The notes: generated by a model not told the origin, from the sequence alone. A DNA stretch of 63,118 nucleotides, filler included, from Licmophora abbreviata (GCA_900291995.1; 6 parts of 6 records of this genome joined end to end with filler, not necessarily neighbours in it), one strand, 5' to 3'; counted from the first letter of the whole stretch, positions 13,301-25,199 are shown. Numbers and translations are program-made.

Positions 13301-13831
13301 TTCATGAGCATGAACTTGACCTTGAATCCGTAGTCTTCTCGCATCTTGATAACCTGCTTGGCCGTCAAGTCGAGGAAGGTGTCTTCGCCCTTGACTTTGA
13401 GGAGAGACTTGGCCTTGTCCAGACCCATGCCAGTTCCTAGACCGCCATTGAGCTTTAGGACTACTGTCTTGGCCAAGAGAGAGGTATCGGGCGGGGCCGT
13501 AATGGACGTGCTTGAAACTAGGTCGGGGACGGGGGCAATGGTCGATTCAGGGATCATGCCGCTAGCTCCCGAGACGAGAGACGTAAAAGTAGACTCAAAC
13601 GCCGCGATAGCGGAATGGGCAATGCCCTCTTCCTCCATCTTGGCCTGTAACAGCACCAAGATCAGACGTGAATTTAGTCGAGTGAGTACGGAGACAAATT
13701 CGAGGAATCCAAGTTTTGGCGGGAAATTCGATTCGAAATTACTAGGACTTTCTGGTCGCCACTCGACTCTTGTAGGCAAAATAAGACCCTGCTGCCTTCT
13801 CTCTTACCTTCACTGGTTCAAAAGACGCCAT
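10384..13831 (-). CDS. UGP1: Bifunctional UDP-glucose pyrophosphorylase / phosphoglucomutase fusion; 3 exons
   Basis: UGPase motifs 'KLNGGLGTGMGLDKAKS', 'WCPPGHGD', 'SNSDNLGA' and 'RFAPVK' are followed in the same frame by PGM motifs 'GQKPGTSGLRKK', 'TASHNPGG', 'DGDADRN' and 'GEESFGTG'. Exon 1 is MASFEPVK followed by gtaag. Confidence 0.95.
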
Positions 13832-13972
13832 GGTTCCACTGTTTTCCGTCTTGCGAACGCTTTTTTGTGAGGCGCAACGGGACCTGCACCGACCGTTTGA
13901 CGAAATCTCGTTCCGGAGCAAGATTCGGATGCCTTGGTACAAACTGTGCGTAAAAACTTACGTAGAACGATA

Positions 13973-14072
13973 NNNNNNNNNNNNNNNNNNNNNNNNNNNN
14001 NNNNNNNNNNNNNNNNTTAATTAATTAANNNNNNNNNNNNNNNNNNNNNNNNNNNNNNNNNNNNNNNNNNNN
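13973..14072. other. Artificial contig spacer N44-TTAATTAATTAA-N44
   Basis: Identical 100-nt spacer with stops in all six frames, seen five times in the window. Confidence 0.97.
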
Positions 14073-14174
14073 GGCGCACAAAATAATGCAAACTAACGGG
14101 TAGCAAAGCGTCGATCAAATTCAACATTGCTCGTATTATATATCATACAGTACTCATCATTGGAGAGCGAAACT

Positions 14175-15335
14175 ATGACGCAACCCTCGCCGCACATTAA
14201 GTTCCCATCGAGACTGATGACGGACCGCCAGAAGAAGACCGTCAAGAGCTATGTGCACCGTGTTGAACGCACTCTTTCTACCCAGAGCGGCCGACGTGGC
14301 AAAACGCCCTCGCGCATCGAGTTGGAGGGATATCTCTGTCTTCTGATTGCCGCTCGTGTGCACAAGCGCTTTGATGATTTTCATTGGAATTATATGAATC
14401 GCAATGCAAGTCTAGTAAAACCACGTACCATGATTAATTGGTTGCTCTTTGTGGAACATGTGCCTGAGCTCGACTGGTGGGATCGCACCATTCATCTTGG
14501 GTCCACCAAAAACGTCCTTCGATCCAGGCTGTATAATATTTTTGAAATGGAATCGATAGCCACGGATCCCACGGATCTCAGTCTAGAAGTCCAGGACGAA
14601 GTTGTTCATCGTCTACTTGCATTTAACTCGACATCCCACTGGTCACCCCGTCCATCCGGTCGCCCTCGAGTACGAGTAGCGGCAAGACCCGCTCTGTGCA
14701 TGGACAACCCAAATGACTACTACGATATTCCACGAAGCGAGGACGACGGCCCCCCTTATGAATCTGATTCTGGTGGTGAAGGGGAGCACTTAGTTTCAGC
14801 TACGGACCAGATCGAACCGACGTTCTTGTGGGAGAACGGCTGTGAGGATAGTGTCATCAGTCTTGACACAATGTCCATCTCGATGGACAGTGTCAACATC
14901 GGCGATTCGGTTGTTGACGATGAGGACGGAACTGGCTCGCTTGTACTTGTACGCAGCAGTTGTGTCGACGACCATGATGATCTGTCGAGCTTCGAGGAGA
15001 TTTCGGTGCGAAGCTCTTCCACCCTCATGTTGGATGAGTGGGACGTCATGTCGGATGTCCAGCATCATTCGGTTTTTTCAGGCATTCCTCCGGTGTCCTA
15101 TCGAGAGGCACTTTTGTTGAGACCTCCCTCACTACAAACGCCACAATCCGTTGCGGTAGAAGGAGCACCAAAGCTCAAGTCGTCGCGTTTTTCTCCTACC
15201 CGAGAAAACAAGAGCGAGAGAACTGTTCAACATGTCGCCGACGATCAATACTTCGACTCTCACTTCATCATGGACGGTGTCAAGGGAAATCGACGTCGAC
15301 GGGCAAAGGAAAGGTTCAAGGGTTGTTCCTCCTAG
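14175..15335 (+). CDS. Hypothetical protein
   Basis: Long ORF with an acidic/Ser-rich C-terminal half and 'SYREALL'; no family recognised. Confidence 0.6.
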   Translation: MTQPSPHIKFPSRLMTDRQKKTVKSYVHRVERTLSTQSGRRGKTPSRIELEGYLCLLIAARVHKRFDDFHWNYMNRNASLVKPRTMINWLLFVEHVPELDWWDRTIHLGSTKNVLRSRLYNIFEMESIATDPTDLSLEVQDEVVHRLLAFNSTSHWSPRPSGRPRVRVAARPALCMDNPNDYYDIPRSEDDGPPYESDSGGEGEHLVSATDQIEPTFLWENGCEDSVISLDTMSISMDSVNIGDSVVDDEDGTGSLVLVRSSCVDDHDDLSSFEEISVRSSSTLMLDEWDVMSDVQHHSVFSGIPPVSYREALLLRPPSLQTPQSVAVEGAPKLKSSRFSPTRENKSERTVQHVADDQYFDSHFIMDGVKGNRRRRAKERFKGCSS

Positions 15336-15642
15336 TAGCCATCGTTCTCGTGAGGGCGCGGTGGCCCTGGTGGGAGGTTGCGTGGTGGATGAAGACGTCT
15401 AGCGACGCGTTAGACATCTGGATTCCAATGCGCTACTGTACACATTTCTATCGATCGCTAGCAAAACGTATGCAGTCATGGTATGATGAATACACATGCT
15501 ATAGCTCTAGGAGTAAAGCTTCTCCTACTTTTCTCATCTACATCGGTTTACATATCATTGGACATTGATGTTTGTGAAAGGCGTACCGGATACGTATTTA
15601 CAAAACATGCCTCCTGCGGCTTGTCATTCTCTTAATTTTCCC

Positions 15643-15981
15643 TTATAATCCCTCCAGGTTCAAGGAAACGTTGACACGAAAGTCTTCGTTCCAATCTAAA
15701 ATTCCACTTCCCTTGAGTACACTGGGAGTGCGCGGCTCTTCTTGTCGTCGTCGTCGAGGCGACTTTTCGGACAGTGCTGCAGCGATCCTTCCGTCGCCCA
15801 AAGGATCTTCTTTTGCAATGAGACCGGCGGCTCGTCCTTGTACTGCTAGGTGAATGTTCGGAGGAAACGGCGAAGACGATGATGCCTCGGATGATACAGG
15901 CGTGATCAGCAGTAGCACCAAGGACACTGTTACTACTACTCCTAGTAGTAGTGCAGGAGTCAAGTGCGAGTTTGGCATCAT
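15643..15981 (-). CDS. Small hypothetical secreted or membrane protein
   Basis: 112-aa ORF with a hydrophobic N-terminal signal-like segment. Confidence 0.35.
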   Translation of the reverse strand: MMPNSHLTPALLLGVVVTVSLVLLLITPVSSEASSSSPFPPNIHLAVQGRAAGLIAKEDPLGDGRIAAALSEKSPRRRRQEEPRTPSVLKGSGILDWNEDFRVNVSLNLEGL

Positions 15982-16404
15982 GCTGGGAAGATTAGAAGTA
16001 TGATAAAGTATGACCTTTTGGTGTCAATGAGAAAGTTCTTCTCACATGCAGTGTGCGAGGCATAAATGCCGCAGACTCAGCCGGTGTGTGTGTGTGTGAG
16101 TGACAGTTCTGGTGGGTGTGATGTCCGCCCCGCTCGTACAAACTGCTGACGTCTTTCCTTTTTCAGCGCTAAAGATCCAACCTTGTTAGGATATCAGCCT
16201 CAAGAAGCAGCGAATACACGCTTGGGAGTGAGCAGCAGCTGCAAAGAACAACTCTGCATTACTAAATCTTAGAACTGAAGAAGTGGATGAAAACATGTCG
16301 CTGCGAGCTCGCAAACAGACTTTGCAATCATGGAGCTCATGTTTTGGCGCGTTTCGAAAAAAGAAAAAATGAGACACAAAAACTTTGGCAACACCCCCTC
16401 GACC

Positions 16405-18042
16405 ATGACGGTGAAAACATGCAGTGCTCTCGTCGCTTTGTTCCTCTGGCTATGGACGAGTAGCTCTCTGACTACGAACTTTGTAGTAAACTCGTTTTCG
16501 ATGACACCATCCCATCGTGATGATGTCATGCAACGACGACCACGAGGGTCAAACTTGGTCTGTCGTAAAACTAAACGCCGGTCGTCGTCGTCGCCATCAC
16601 TAGGAGGCTTCTGTGGAAGAACTATCGTTCGGCATCAAGCAGACACAGAGAAAGGAGTTCGTCTATCGAATGATGAAGAAGATATGTTTGGATTTCCCCG
16701 AGATACGGTCGCATCTCCATTGATGGTACTGTTGATTTCCCAGTTTCTCTTGTTTATTGGAGTTGGGGCTGTCATTCCGTCTATCCCATTGTATGGAAAG
16801 GAGATCGGGTTAAGTAGCAGTATGAATGGGGTCGTCATATCTGCTCCAGCGGTGGCCTTGTTGCTGCTTTCCAAGTTGGGAGGCAATTATGCAGACGTGG
16901 CTCGAAAGCCGGCCATGCTTCTTGGTATGGCTGTGATTGCTGCCTCGGATGTTGGCACGGCATGTGCGAATGGGATCGGTACTTTGGTACTAGCAAGATT
17001 AGGATTGGGTGCTGGTCGGTGTCTGTCAGAAGCGGGTGAGCGAGGGATGCTTGCTGATCTGGCGGGGCAAGTGCCTGAATTGCGAGGTCGTGCGTTAGCG
17101 GCACAGCAAGCAGCAGTGGCTTTGGGGATTGCGATTGGAGCTCCGCTGGGAGGCCTAATCGTTGAGAACTATGGTCCTAGAGCATCCTTTCTATGTGTCA
17201 GTGCGGCGGCTCTTGTGACGTTGATCCTGTACTTCTTCTTACCGGAAACTGTGGGACTGGCCGGAAAAGACGATTCTGCAAGTAATAAGAATGGTGACGA
17301 CAAGACGAGTCTGTTAGAGGCGAAATTGTTGGCCCCCGCAGAGGCGGTGGATAGCACCAGAGAAACAAGCTTTTCCAGAGGCGAATGGGCTGAGTTGCTT
17401 TCCATGCGAGAGTGGAGAGGCTTGGCGCTCTGTCAAAGCGGAGCTAGTTTCGGCTTTGCCGCCAAGATTGCCAGCATTCCCGTCCTGGCTTCGCAAGTCC
17501 TTCCCGGTGGAGCGGTTGGTGCCGGGGCGCTTTTATCTGCCGCGGGTCTCAGTGGTATCGTCGGTGCACCTATCGGTGGTTGGTTGACGGACCAGATGAG
17601 CTCCAGGTCCACTATCATTCTCAGTGGCGTTGTCAGTGCTTCGGGCCTTATTCTTGTTCCGTTCGCGCTTGGACTATCATCATCATCAGCCGACAGTAGT
17701 AGCATCAACGATCTCTTCGCTGGCATGACGGCTCAGGCTGCTGCTTTCTCTGCTGTGGTGATTGCGTGGAGTCTGGGAGCGTCTGCGCAGGGGCCAGCAA
17801 TGACTGCCTTGGCACAAGAACTGGCACCGGAGGGAGCTGAAGCAACCGCCATGGCACTGCCGAGAGCCACAGGAGATGGCACATACATTGTCGCGCCATT
17901 CATGCTCGGCCTCATTGCAGATTCTGTTCTGTCTATACCCGGTGTCGAATGCGCCTTTGCGGGTTGTGCAACTCTCCTTGGAGTTCTGGCGCTGGCCCTG
18001 CTGAGTGCTGATAAAGATTCAGAAGAACACTCTTCCACATGA
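16405..18042 (+). CDS. Major facilitator superfamily transporter (DHA1/TetA-like), probably organelle-targeted
   Basis: About 12 hydrophobic segments, motif A 'GGNYADVARKP' repeated as 'GGWLTDQMSSR', 'GAPLGGLI', and an N-terminal signal-like extension. Confidence 0.85.
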   Translation: MTVKTCSALVALFLWLWTSSSLTTNFVVNSFSMTPSHRDDVMQRRPRGSNLVCRKTKRRSSSSPSLGGFCGRTIVRHQADTEKGVRLSNDEEDMFGFPRDTVASPLMVLLISQFLLFIGVGAVIPSIPLYGKEIGLSSSMNGVVISAPAVALLLLSKLGGNYADVARKPAMLLGMAVIAASDVGTACANGIGTLVLARLGLGAGRCLSEAGERGMLADLAGQVPELRGRALAAQQAAVALGIAIGAPLGGLIVENYGPRASFLCVSAAALVTLILYFFLPETVGLAGKDDSASNKNGDDKTSLLEAKLLAPAEAVDSTRETSFSRGEWAELLSMREWRGLALCQSGASFGFAAKIASIPVLASQVLPGGAVGAGALLSAAGLSGIVGAPIGGWLTDQMSSRSTIILSGVVSASGLILVPFALGLSSSSADSSSINDLFAGMTAQAAAFSAVVIAWSLGASAQGPAMTALAQELAPEGAEATAMALPRATGDGTYIVAPFMLGLIADSVLSIPGVECAFAGCATLLGVLALALLSADKDSEEHSST

Positions 18043-18208
18043 CTGCTTGGTTTTCGCATACTCCAGAGACTACCGGTAGACACCTTCACACGTCGGATGG
18101 CGTGCTGCTATTTTTACTGCTACGAATTAAACAACATTTTCAAATCTCTACTTTTTCATACTACGATGTACCAAATCAGATTCTCAGGCATCCTCATCCC
18201 GGCTGCTT

Positions 18209-20507
18209 TTACGCCCATGGCGTTCCAGAGATAGGTGGCGATGACTCTGCCTGCAGCGGCGGGTAGTAGACCTGCCCGCCGCTCCCCATGCGAGGCGCCA
18301 GTGGTGGAGGAGACGATGCTCTATTCTGGACACTTGTGACAGGTGGCGTCACCAGTTCACGGCCTGAATCATCCACGGCATCCAAAGATAATCCCACCGA
18401 ACCAAGACTGACTTCCGATCTTCCGCGGAACAAGCCCTGGAGAGCGTCATCACTTTCCCGGCGTCGGAGACGGTTCAAGCTTCCAGAACTCCTTCGAACC
18501 GTTTGTTGACCCGAGAAGGGAGTGGTTGGCCGAGGTGTCGACGATCGAGGGCCATCTTCCAGAAGAATGTCCATTCCGAAAAGACTTGTGTTGGACGCAA
18601 GCCCAGACGTCAATGACGTCGTAGAAGGAGGCATCCCCACCCCCACAGACTCTGCCCAGGACGAGAAGCGTTTACGACACTTCGACTTGCGACTTGCATC
18701 CGGCTGGCTTTGTTCGCCACGAGGAAGAGACGAATATTCTGAAGATTTGGCGGGACAGAACAAGAAGAACTCATCTTCATCGTCGCTCTCTGTGAGCGAC
18801 CCAGTCTCGTCAGCGGCGGCTTCAGCATCAAACATGGCCATGAGCGCCCCTCCACTGCGAGACGGTGCAAGGATCGACCTAGCCTTGGCGACCGGTTTGC
18901 CATCAACGGCATAGCTTCGATTGGCCTTGTCTCGAGAGGACGCCAGTCGGTGGGCACCATGCGGAAGAGGAAGGTGCCTAACAGCGTCGGCGCTTGCCCC
19001 AGAGCGAAGAGATAGTAGCGAGTCCGCTGCCCTGAGGTGTTGACCACCCCCTTCTTTGTCATCGACCGACAGAGCCAAGGAAGAAGACGAAAGCGGATGC
19101 CACGTGTTCAATTGAGACCTTGCTGGTGGGACAGTCTCCTCGCTGACTGGCATTGGAGGCAGCGCTCCCCAGGGGGCGGTACATGCCCGTTGATCCAAAG
19201 TCGAACCAAACTCGGCAATGGCCACGTCTGGTCGCATGGGAGAATGCAGCATTGCTTTTTGATTCATGCCAGTGTACCCGTACAGGAGGTGGTCCCGGAC
19301 ATCTTCAGACGGCGGTGCAGGACGCGGGCTACCTTCTACGTCGTCTGGAGACGGAAAAATTGGGAAGCGAATGCTTGCGACTTCCAGTGCTTCCAGGAGT
19401 CCTTGGTGTCAAGGTGATCCTCGGCAGCGGTGTTCTTGGACTCGGTACGCTTTTCTTTTCTGGAGACTCAAAACAAAAGCCTTGTGCCACTGGGTGCCGT
19501 GGCGAAGCCTCTGAATTGCTCATGCTACTCTCATCACACGAGAACGGCGCAGGCATCTTGGTCGAGCCAAACATGTCTTCGTCATCACTGTCCTTGCTAC
19601 TGGCGTCGAGCGAGTAGAGGAGAGTCGACGCTCCCACGTGCAGCGGAGGTCGGTGGTTCTTGGAGGGAGACATCCCCGGTCGCTTGCCAGAAATGACGGT
19701 GAGGGGGACGTGTCTGGGAGAGGATCGCGCAGAGCCTGAGGTGCGAAAGATCGAAGACTCGCCCCCTCCACCGCGGGTGGTCGCTGACCCTGCCGGTGAG
19801 CAAGTTCCACTGTAGAGGTTAAAGGAGGATGCCCTGGGCCGACTCGGTTGACTGCCCCCTCCTCCAAGGAACGTTGACAGAGGGCTCCTGGAGTCGAAGG
19901 ATGAAGCCTGACGTACAGGCGACTGCAGCGACAGTCCTTGCATGCCAAGAATGTCAAGTTCACTATGAGGGTTCTTGGAATCGGCAGTTCGCGTGGGAGA
20001 GTCAATCAGAGTTGAGGTGCTAGACTCAGACTGAGATGGCGCATGGAACCCACCAAAGGCAGACAGCGGACATCCGTTTTCAGAAGACGACTCAGCATCA
20101 GCTCCACGACCATGGTCAAGAGATCCTCCGCCAGTGCTGATTGAATGCGCCGGTCTCTTTCGTCCACGGATACCGCCACTGTTCGAAAAGAACCCCATAG
20201 AGTAGCTGCTACTTCCCACGTGGTTCCTCGGTTTCAGTATGAACGGCGACGAGAAGCTGCTACCCCCCTGCTCTTCGCCGACGCCTAATGACGCAGATCT
20301 GTTTCTTGGAGATGGCCTGGAGCTGCTCTTCGAGTCTACATCCGACATGGCCCTGGACGCTTGGCTGACCAAGGCCGGGGAAGAATAGGATGGGCAAAAG
20401 TTTGACCTCGGGTCCTCCGGAGACATGTCCTTGATGACAATTTCATTTACAGGAGGAAGTTTTGGCCGGCCGCCGGCAGCTGACGATGCCTGTGGCTGAA
20501 CGTCCAT
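18209..20507 (-). CDS. Ser/Pro-rich, probably disordered hypothetical protein; two ORFs joined by a 1-nt frameshift at about 19355-19364
   Basis: ORFs 19329-20507 and 18209-19267 have the same composition. The shifted frame 'PIFPSPDDVEGSPRP...YTGMNQK' runs open into the second ORF. Confidence 0.6.
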
Positions 20508-21142
20508 GGGTCAGTCTTGATATCGATACAAGCTAGTTGCAGACCCTCTAGTTCTACCCGACTTTTCAAATCTTTCTTTTCCCCAAACTACGCCCTGGAA
20601 GTCTTCCTCTTATTCTGGGTCTACTATTTCAATAATACACACGGAAGAAAAATCAAATCGCATGAAAGCGGCAGTTGCTCTCAAATATCCATTGTGAGCG
20701 ATCTTCGCAGTCCCAATTCATTCCTTCTCGACATGATTTCGATATTTCGGAATGTGTGGCGAGATGATATCAGATACTCCCTAGCTTGGCAACTCCGACA
20801 TTCTTTCGTACGTCATCGTGTCTAGAATGTAGAGATGTACCAGATACGCAACACGCAAAATTTCATCTGCCATTCCAGCTGGGAATGAGCGCTGGCACGC
20901 TCGTTCCATAGAACTCTTTGCCGATAACCTGATAAATAACGTCAACCGCTTGCGGTTGATGTTGCCGTTTGTGGAACGAAGTCGAGTGAGTCGAGTAAGT
21001 CGAAGACTATTCCTCTCTGATGATTGCTCAAACCACCTTTATAAATAAACGAGAGCTCGAACTTGAGGCGTATCTTTTTGGTCTGCAGTCCGCTTTCATA
21101 CAACTGTCAACACTTTCCTTTCCTTGCTTTCGAACGAAGACA

Positions 21143-22027
21143 ATGATGAGAACGACGGCCGCTCTTTTCGTTGCCCTATGCGGTACATGCGCTGCGTTCG
21201 CGCCATCTACCAGTATGGTACGTTGGAAGTAGACGAGGGAAAGAAATTTCGGCCTTCCTTCGTTCTGTACGACGTCGTGGGTCCTGGCTGCCGGTAATAT
21301 TATCGTCCGAGCCCCACTTTTCTCACATACTTAGCCCTATTTTTGTCTCTCCCTTTAGAATCCTCGAGCCACGGCTCTCTCTGCAGTGACACTCGAGGAT
21401 ATGCCGGGTGCTACCAAACCGTTTGGGGTGTTCGACCCACTAGGTCTGGGAAACCTGGGCTCCGACGCAACCTATGCCTGGTTCCGTGCTTCCGAACTGA
21501 AGCATTCGCGTGTCGCAATGTTGGCGACGACCGGTGAGTGATGCATGTATATTGAATGAATTGGTTTGGGACCGTTTTTTGTCAATATGCTGTCTCGCTA
21601 TGTGGATGCTCTTCCTCACCTCTGACACGTTCGCTAATAAATAGGCTACTTGGTCCAGGCCGCTGGCGTTCACTTTCCGGGTATGCTTAGTAGTGACGTT
21701 TCCTTCGAATCCCTGTCGAGTATGAAGCCATTGGATGCATGGGAGGCTGTTCCTGATGCTGGTAAGGCTCAGATATACTTTACCATCTTTTTTGCCGAAT
21801 TTGTCAATGAAGCGCAAGGCGTACACTACACCAAGGGAGGCCCGTACCCCACAATTGTCTTTCCACCCATAAGCTTTGCCGAAGGCATGGACGCAGAACA
21901 GCTCAAGGCACGTCAGTCACGGGAGCTGAATAATGGTCGATTGGCCATGATTGCCATCATGTCCTTCTGTGCCGAAGCCAATATCCATGGAAGTGTGCCA
22001 GCGCTCGCAGACAATCCCATGTTTTAG
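21143..22027 (+). CDS. Fucoxanthin-chlorophyll a/c light-harvesting protein (Lhcr-like); exons 21143-21217, 21359-21533, 21645-22027
   Basis: 'CAAFAP' presequence, 'FDPLGL', helix 1 'WFRASELKHSRVAMLA' and helix 3 'RELNNGRLAMIA'. Confidence 0.93.
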
Positions 22028-22130
22028 ATAATAGTAGGGACTATACTGTAATCGCATTCTAGCTTTTGGTCATACGGTCGTATCGTCCATATTTGTCGTC
22101 AGTGATGATAGCGCTCCTATTTACGCCTTA

Positions 22131-23090
22131 TCAAGTTAGATATCTTACTTTTTCGAGCCCATCTCTTCCTTCTTGGATCCCATCACTTGCCTCGTTTTGC
22201 TCCTTCTCATCTCTCTCCATCTCCTCCACCAATTCCTCTACTTCATCATGCCGTACTTCAATTTCATCTCCATTCGGATCCTTCACAACCTTGACGAATC
22301 CGAAATGCCGTGCCAGTTTCGGTACAACCGCAAGCGTCACTCCCAGTCGAAGAGGCTCCGTAAACTTGACCGTGATCCACGCGACCGCCAGATTCGCAAA
22401 ATGAGGATTCTTTTCAATCACATGAGAGTAGGGTCTCGTAAAGGAAAAGTGTTCCATGTACTCGACGACAAGGGCAACCGTCGTTTTGGTCTCTTCTTCT
22501 CCTGGAGACGAAATCCATTCAAAGATAGTGAGTGGATCGAGGAGGCCCGAGTCGATTCCCACAAAGAGGGAAGCCAGGGTCGTGACGTAGACACCAAAAT
22601 AGGTTCCCACAAAGACCGGTCCGTACTGACGCATCATTTCTCCCGCCGTCTTGGCACCCTTGGCACTGACACGGCGAGCGCGAGTGGCTCCGGCCCGAGC
22701 ACGGTCTCCGGCGGCCCGCGCGCGGTCTCGGAAGGAGGAGGGTGGCGGATCGTCGTTACTGTTTTGGGGGACACCTTGCTTGTTGTTGTTGTTGTTGCCT
22801 TGCTTGTTGTCAGACGCAGTCGTCGTGGCGCTGAACAGTCGGATGTGCTGATTGTATGGGAAACAGTCTGCTATGGAAATTGGAGTGGAGCAGCGGGACT
22901 GAGTGAACCTGCTGGACTGAGTGTCGCGGTTTATGGTGGGCGCGGTAACAAAATAATCAAGGCCATTCGTCGACATCATCGAGGACGGTCGCGACGCATT
23001 CAACCACGCATTCGAAGCATGCCTCCATCTTCTCCTGGACGACTGCAGAAGCCGTCGAGAAAGTGTGGAAGCAGCAGATATCGTCGTCAT
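22131..23090 (-). CDS. FAM210/DUF1279 mitochondrial membrane protein
   Basis: Mitochondrial-type presequence, 'MRQYGPVFVGTY' and 'ANLAVAWITVKFTEPLRLGVT...P'. Confidence 0.8.
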   Translation of the reverse strand: MTTISAASTLSRRLLQSSRRRWRHASNAWLNASRPSSMMSTNGLDYFVTAPTINRDTQSSRFTQSRCSTPISIADCFPYNQHIRLFSATTTASDNKQGNNNNNKQGVPQNSNDDPPPSSFRDRARAAGDRARAGATRARRVSAKGAKTAGEMMRQYGPVFVGTYFGVYVTTLASLFVGIDSGLLDPLTIFEWISSPGEEETKTTVALVVEYMEHFSFTRPYSHVIEKNPHFANLAVAWITVKFTEPLRLGVTLAVVPKLARHFGFVKVVKDPNGDEIEVRHDEVEELVEEMERDEKEQNEASDGIQEGRDGLEKVRYLT

Positions 23091-23576
23091 CCCAGCACTA
23101 TGATTTGTGGTCTGCGTTGTTGGTAAGATGCTTGGTGTGTGGAAGAAAAAGAGAGTGAAAACGAACCGTGGGGTGGAATTTGGAATCGAATCTCGCACGA
23201 ATCTTTTCTCGCGGGGGTACGCGAGCTGCGAGCTCCAGAAACACCCAAGATTTTCTCTCTTACCCTTGAAACTTCTTCCGAAGTGGTCTCTCAACCACAG
23301 CATCGATGCGACGAACAATAGGCCTGCCATTCTACTTGGTAATACACAAAAACTTCGATAGGAGGATGGGTAGTCTACCTCGATGCTAGTACGTTCCTTG
23401 GAGAGTAGGTACTCAACTAACTACCTCTAGTAGAGTAGCATGTCGACTACAGCTTGATACCGGCCATTCGCGCGTGTTGACTATTTTCTTTTGTACTTTT
23501 TTGAAATCTCTCTTGTCATTCGCAATCATACGCTAAGTATGTCGCTCTATGTAGCACTACAGTAGCAGCTCTGCTT

Positions 23577-25199
23577 CTATTTTCTCAACGCAAATCGTCC
23601 CAATACTCGAGCTGGTTCTCCATCACACACTTGCGACTTTCCCACCACGCCCAGCCTCGTCAAAAGGTCCGATGCCTTTTGCAGCAATGCCAAGTCCTCG
23701 GGGAGTGCGCGTTGGGGCTTCAGATTGCCCGGTCGACTTGATAGCATCTCGAACGCCTTGCGAAAGTCGCCAGGGTTTGCCTTGACGTAATTGTTCAGGT
23801 GGCTCGGTATGACATGATCAAAGTCAAATCGAACGCAGACTCGATCGACCCATTCCAAGGTGCGATCGGGTTCTCGATCTAGAATCAACTTTGTCAGGAT
23901 GGGTGGGCAGAACAAGGCTCCATTTCTCGAAAGAACGTCGAAACTCCGTACATCGGCATCTGGACCTTTCCATGTCCACGGATACAGCGATAGAGGTACA
24001 GCACCGTCTCCCAAATTGCGTAGGGACGGGTCGATGTTACGCGCTTCGTTCCATGCCTCCCCAAAGGGCACGACATCAATTTGTGATGGAAAGAAAACCA
24101 AGCCGAACTGTACCATTCGTCGCCATCCTTTTTGTCTTGTTTCAGGCGTATCCCGAACAAGCTCATTGATGCTGTCTCGCGCATGAAACAACATGCTCCG
24201 GGGATCCTCTGCAATTATGGGAGGCGGGGTGTTGGTGACACTCACCACCGCATCCGTAGTGAGCAACGTTTTGGTAGGTCTATGAAAGAATGCCGTTTCG
24301 GAAAAGGCGCCGACCGACTGAAACTGGAGCGGGCCTAGTATTTCATAAGGAATCTCATGCGCCCAAACGGGGGGTTCGTTGGAGAATTTCATATTCTTGC
24401 TGTTGCGTTTCTTCTGCAATAAGGATGACTGTGTCCCACCGCTCGTCAAGTCGGGCAACTCTCGCAATCGATCTCCTCGTTGCGTCACTCCCAAGAATTC
24501 AATCGGCAAGTCCACTGGAAACGCCCACTGCCCCGGTTGAATCCACGTGGTAGCTTGCGGAAAGTACTGCGCAAAACTCCCGAACGTGGCCTTGTGTTCC
24601 AGAGCCGCAGACCCCAAGACAATATGTTGAATGGTCGAATTCTGTTGTTCTTCCAGTTCCCGCATCATGGCAATCAGCTGAGGTGTCGGTGCGACGGGAT
24701 TGTGCACCCAGAGGCCTCCGCCACTCTCCTTGGATAGCTTTACAACGGTCATGCGCACTGGCACATTGACGTTGACGATACCCTGAAGCTGATCAAAGGT
24801 CCAGATTTGGTTGGGAATGACCGTTTCATTGACTGTCGCGCGCCGTGTGGAAGTGCTGGCGAGTGGGAGTAAACTAAAGGCAACCTTACCGAGGGGCCAG
24901 GAGAGAGATGCGGGAAAGGCGGGTGTCGGTACTACAGATGTTGGTAGAGAACTGGCAAGAGAAGTCTGGGGCGCAATAGCAGTCGCTGCAGCAGTTGTGA
25001 CAGCTACTACCTGCCGAAAGAATCGACGGCGGTCTAGCGGTGTATCCTCTACCGAATCAGCGTCATCCTGATGGTACGAAGCCTCGAGGGGTCTCAAATT
25101 GAGACTATTCGTCGGACTCAAGTTTGGCGCGAAACTTTCGACGAAAAACAATGAAAAGGCCGACAGAAAACTCAATAAAATTTGGCATCGCAGAGTCAT
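23577..25199 (-). CDS. DUF4336-family protein with bipartite plastid and twin-arginine signals
   Basis: 'ESFAP' cleavage motif, 'RRRFF' plus hydrophobic stretch, 'VPVRMTVVKL..GGLWVHNPVAPT', 'EHK', 'FSETAFFHRPTKTLLTTD', 'IPSH'. Confidence 0.82.
   Translation of the reverse strand: MTLRCQILLSFLSAFSLFFVESFAPNLSPTNSLNLRPLEASYHQDDADSVEDTPLDRRRFFRQVVAVTTAAATAIAPQTSLASSLPTSVVPTPAFPASLSWPLGKVAFSLLPLASTSTRRATVNETVIPNQIWTFDQLQGIVNVNVPVRMTVVKLSKESGGGLWVHNPVAPTPQLIAMMRELEEQQNSTIQHIVLGSAALEHKATFGSFAQYFPQATTWIQPGQWAFPVDLPIEFLGVTQRGDRLRELPDLTSGGTQSSLLQKKRNSKNMKFSNEPPVWAHEIPYEILGPLQFQSVGAFSETAFFHRPTKTLLTTDAVVSVTNTPPPIIAEDPRSMLFHARDSINELVRDTPETRQKGWRRMVQFGLVFFPSQIDVVPFGEAWNEARNIDPSLRNLGDGAVPLSLYPWTWKGPDADVRSFDVLSRNGALFCPPILTKLILDREPDRTLEWVDRVCVRFDFDHVIPSHLNNYVKANPGDFRKAFEMLSSRPGNLKPQRALPEDLALLQKASDLLTRLGVVGKSQVCDGEPARVLGRFALRK

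Noticed and set aside
13973..14072. TTAATTAATTAA palindrome repeated five times as a biological motif
   Set aside because: Always centred in an identical N spacer; it is a six-frame-stop assembly linker.
213..19370. Programmed frameshifting or RNA editing as a system behind the three frameshifts
   Set aside because: No shared slippery sequence or structure, mixed directions, and one site in a homopolymer; consensus error is simpler.
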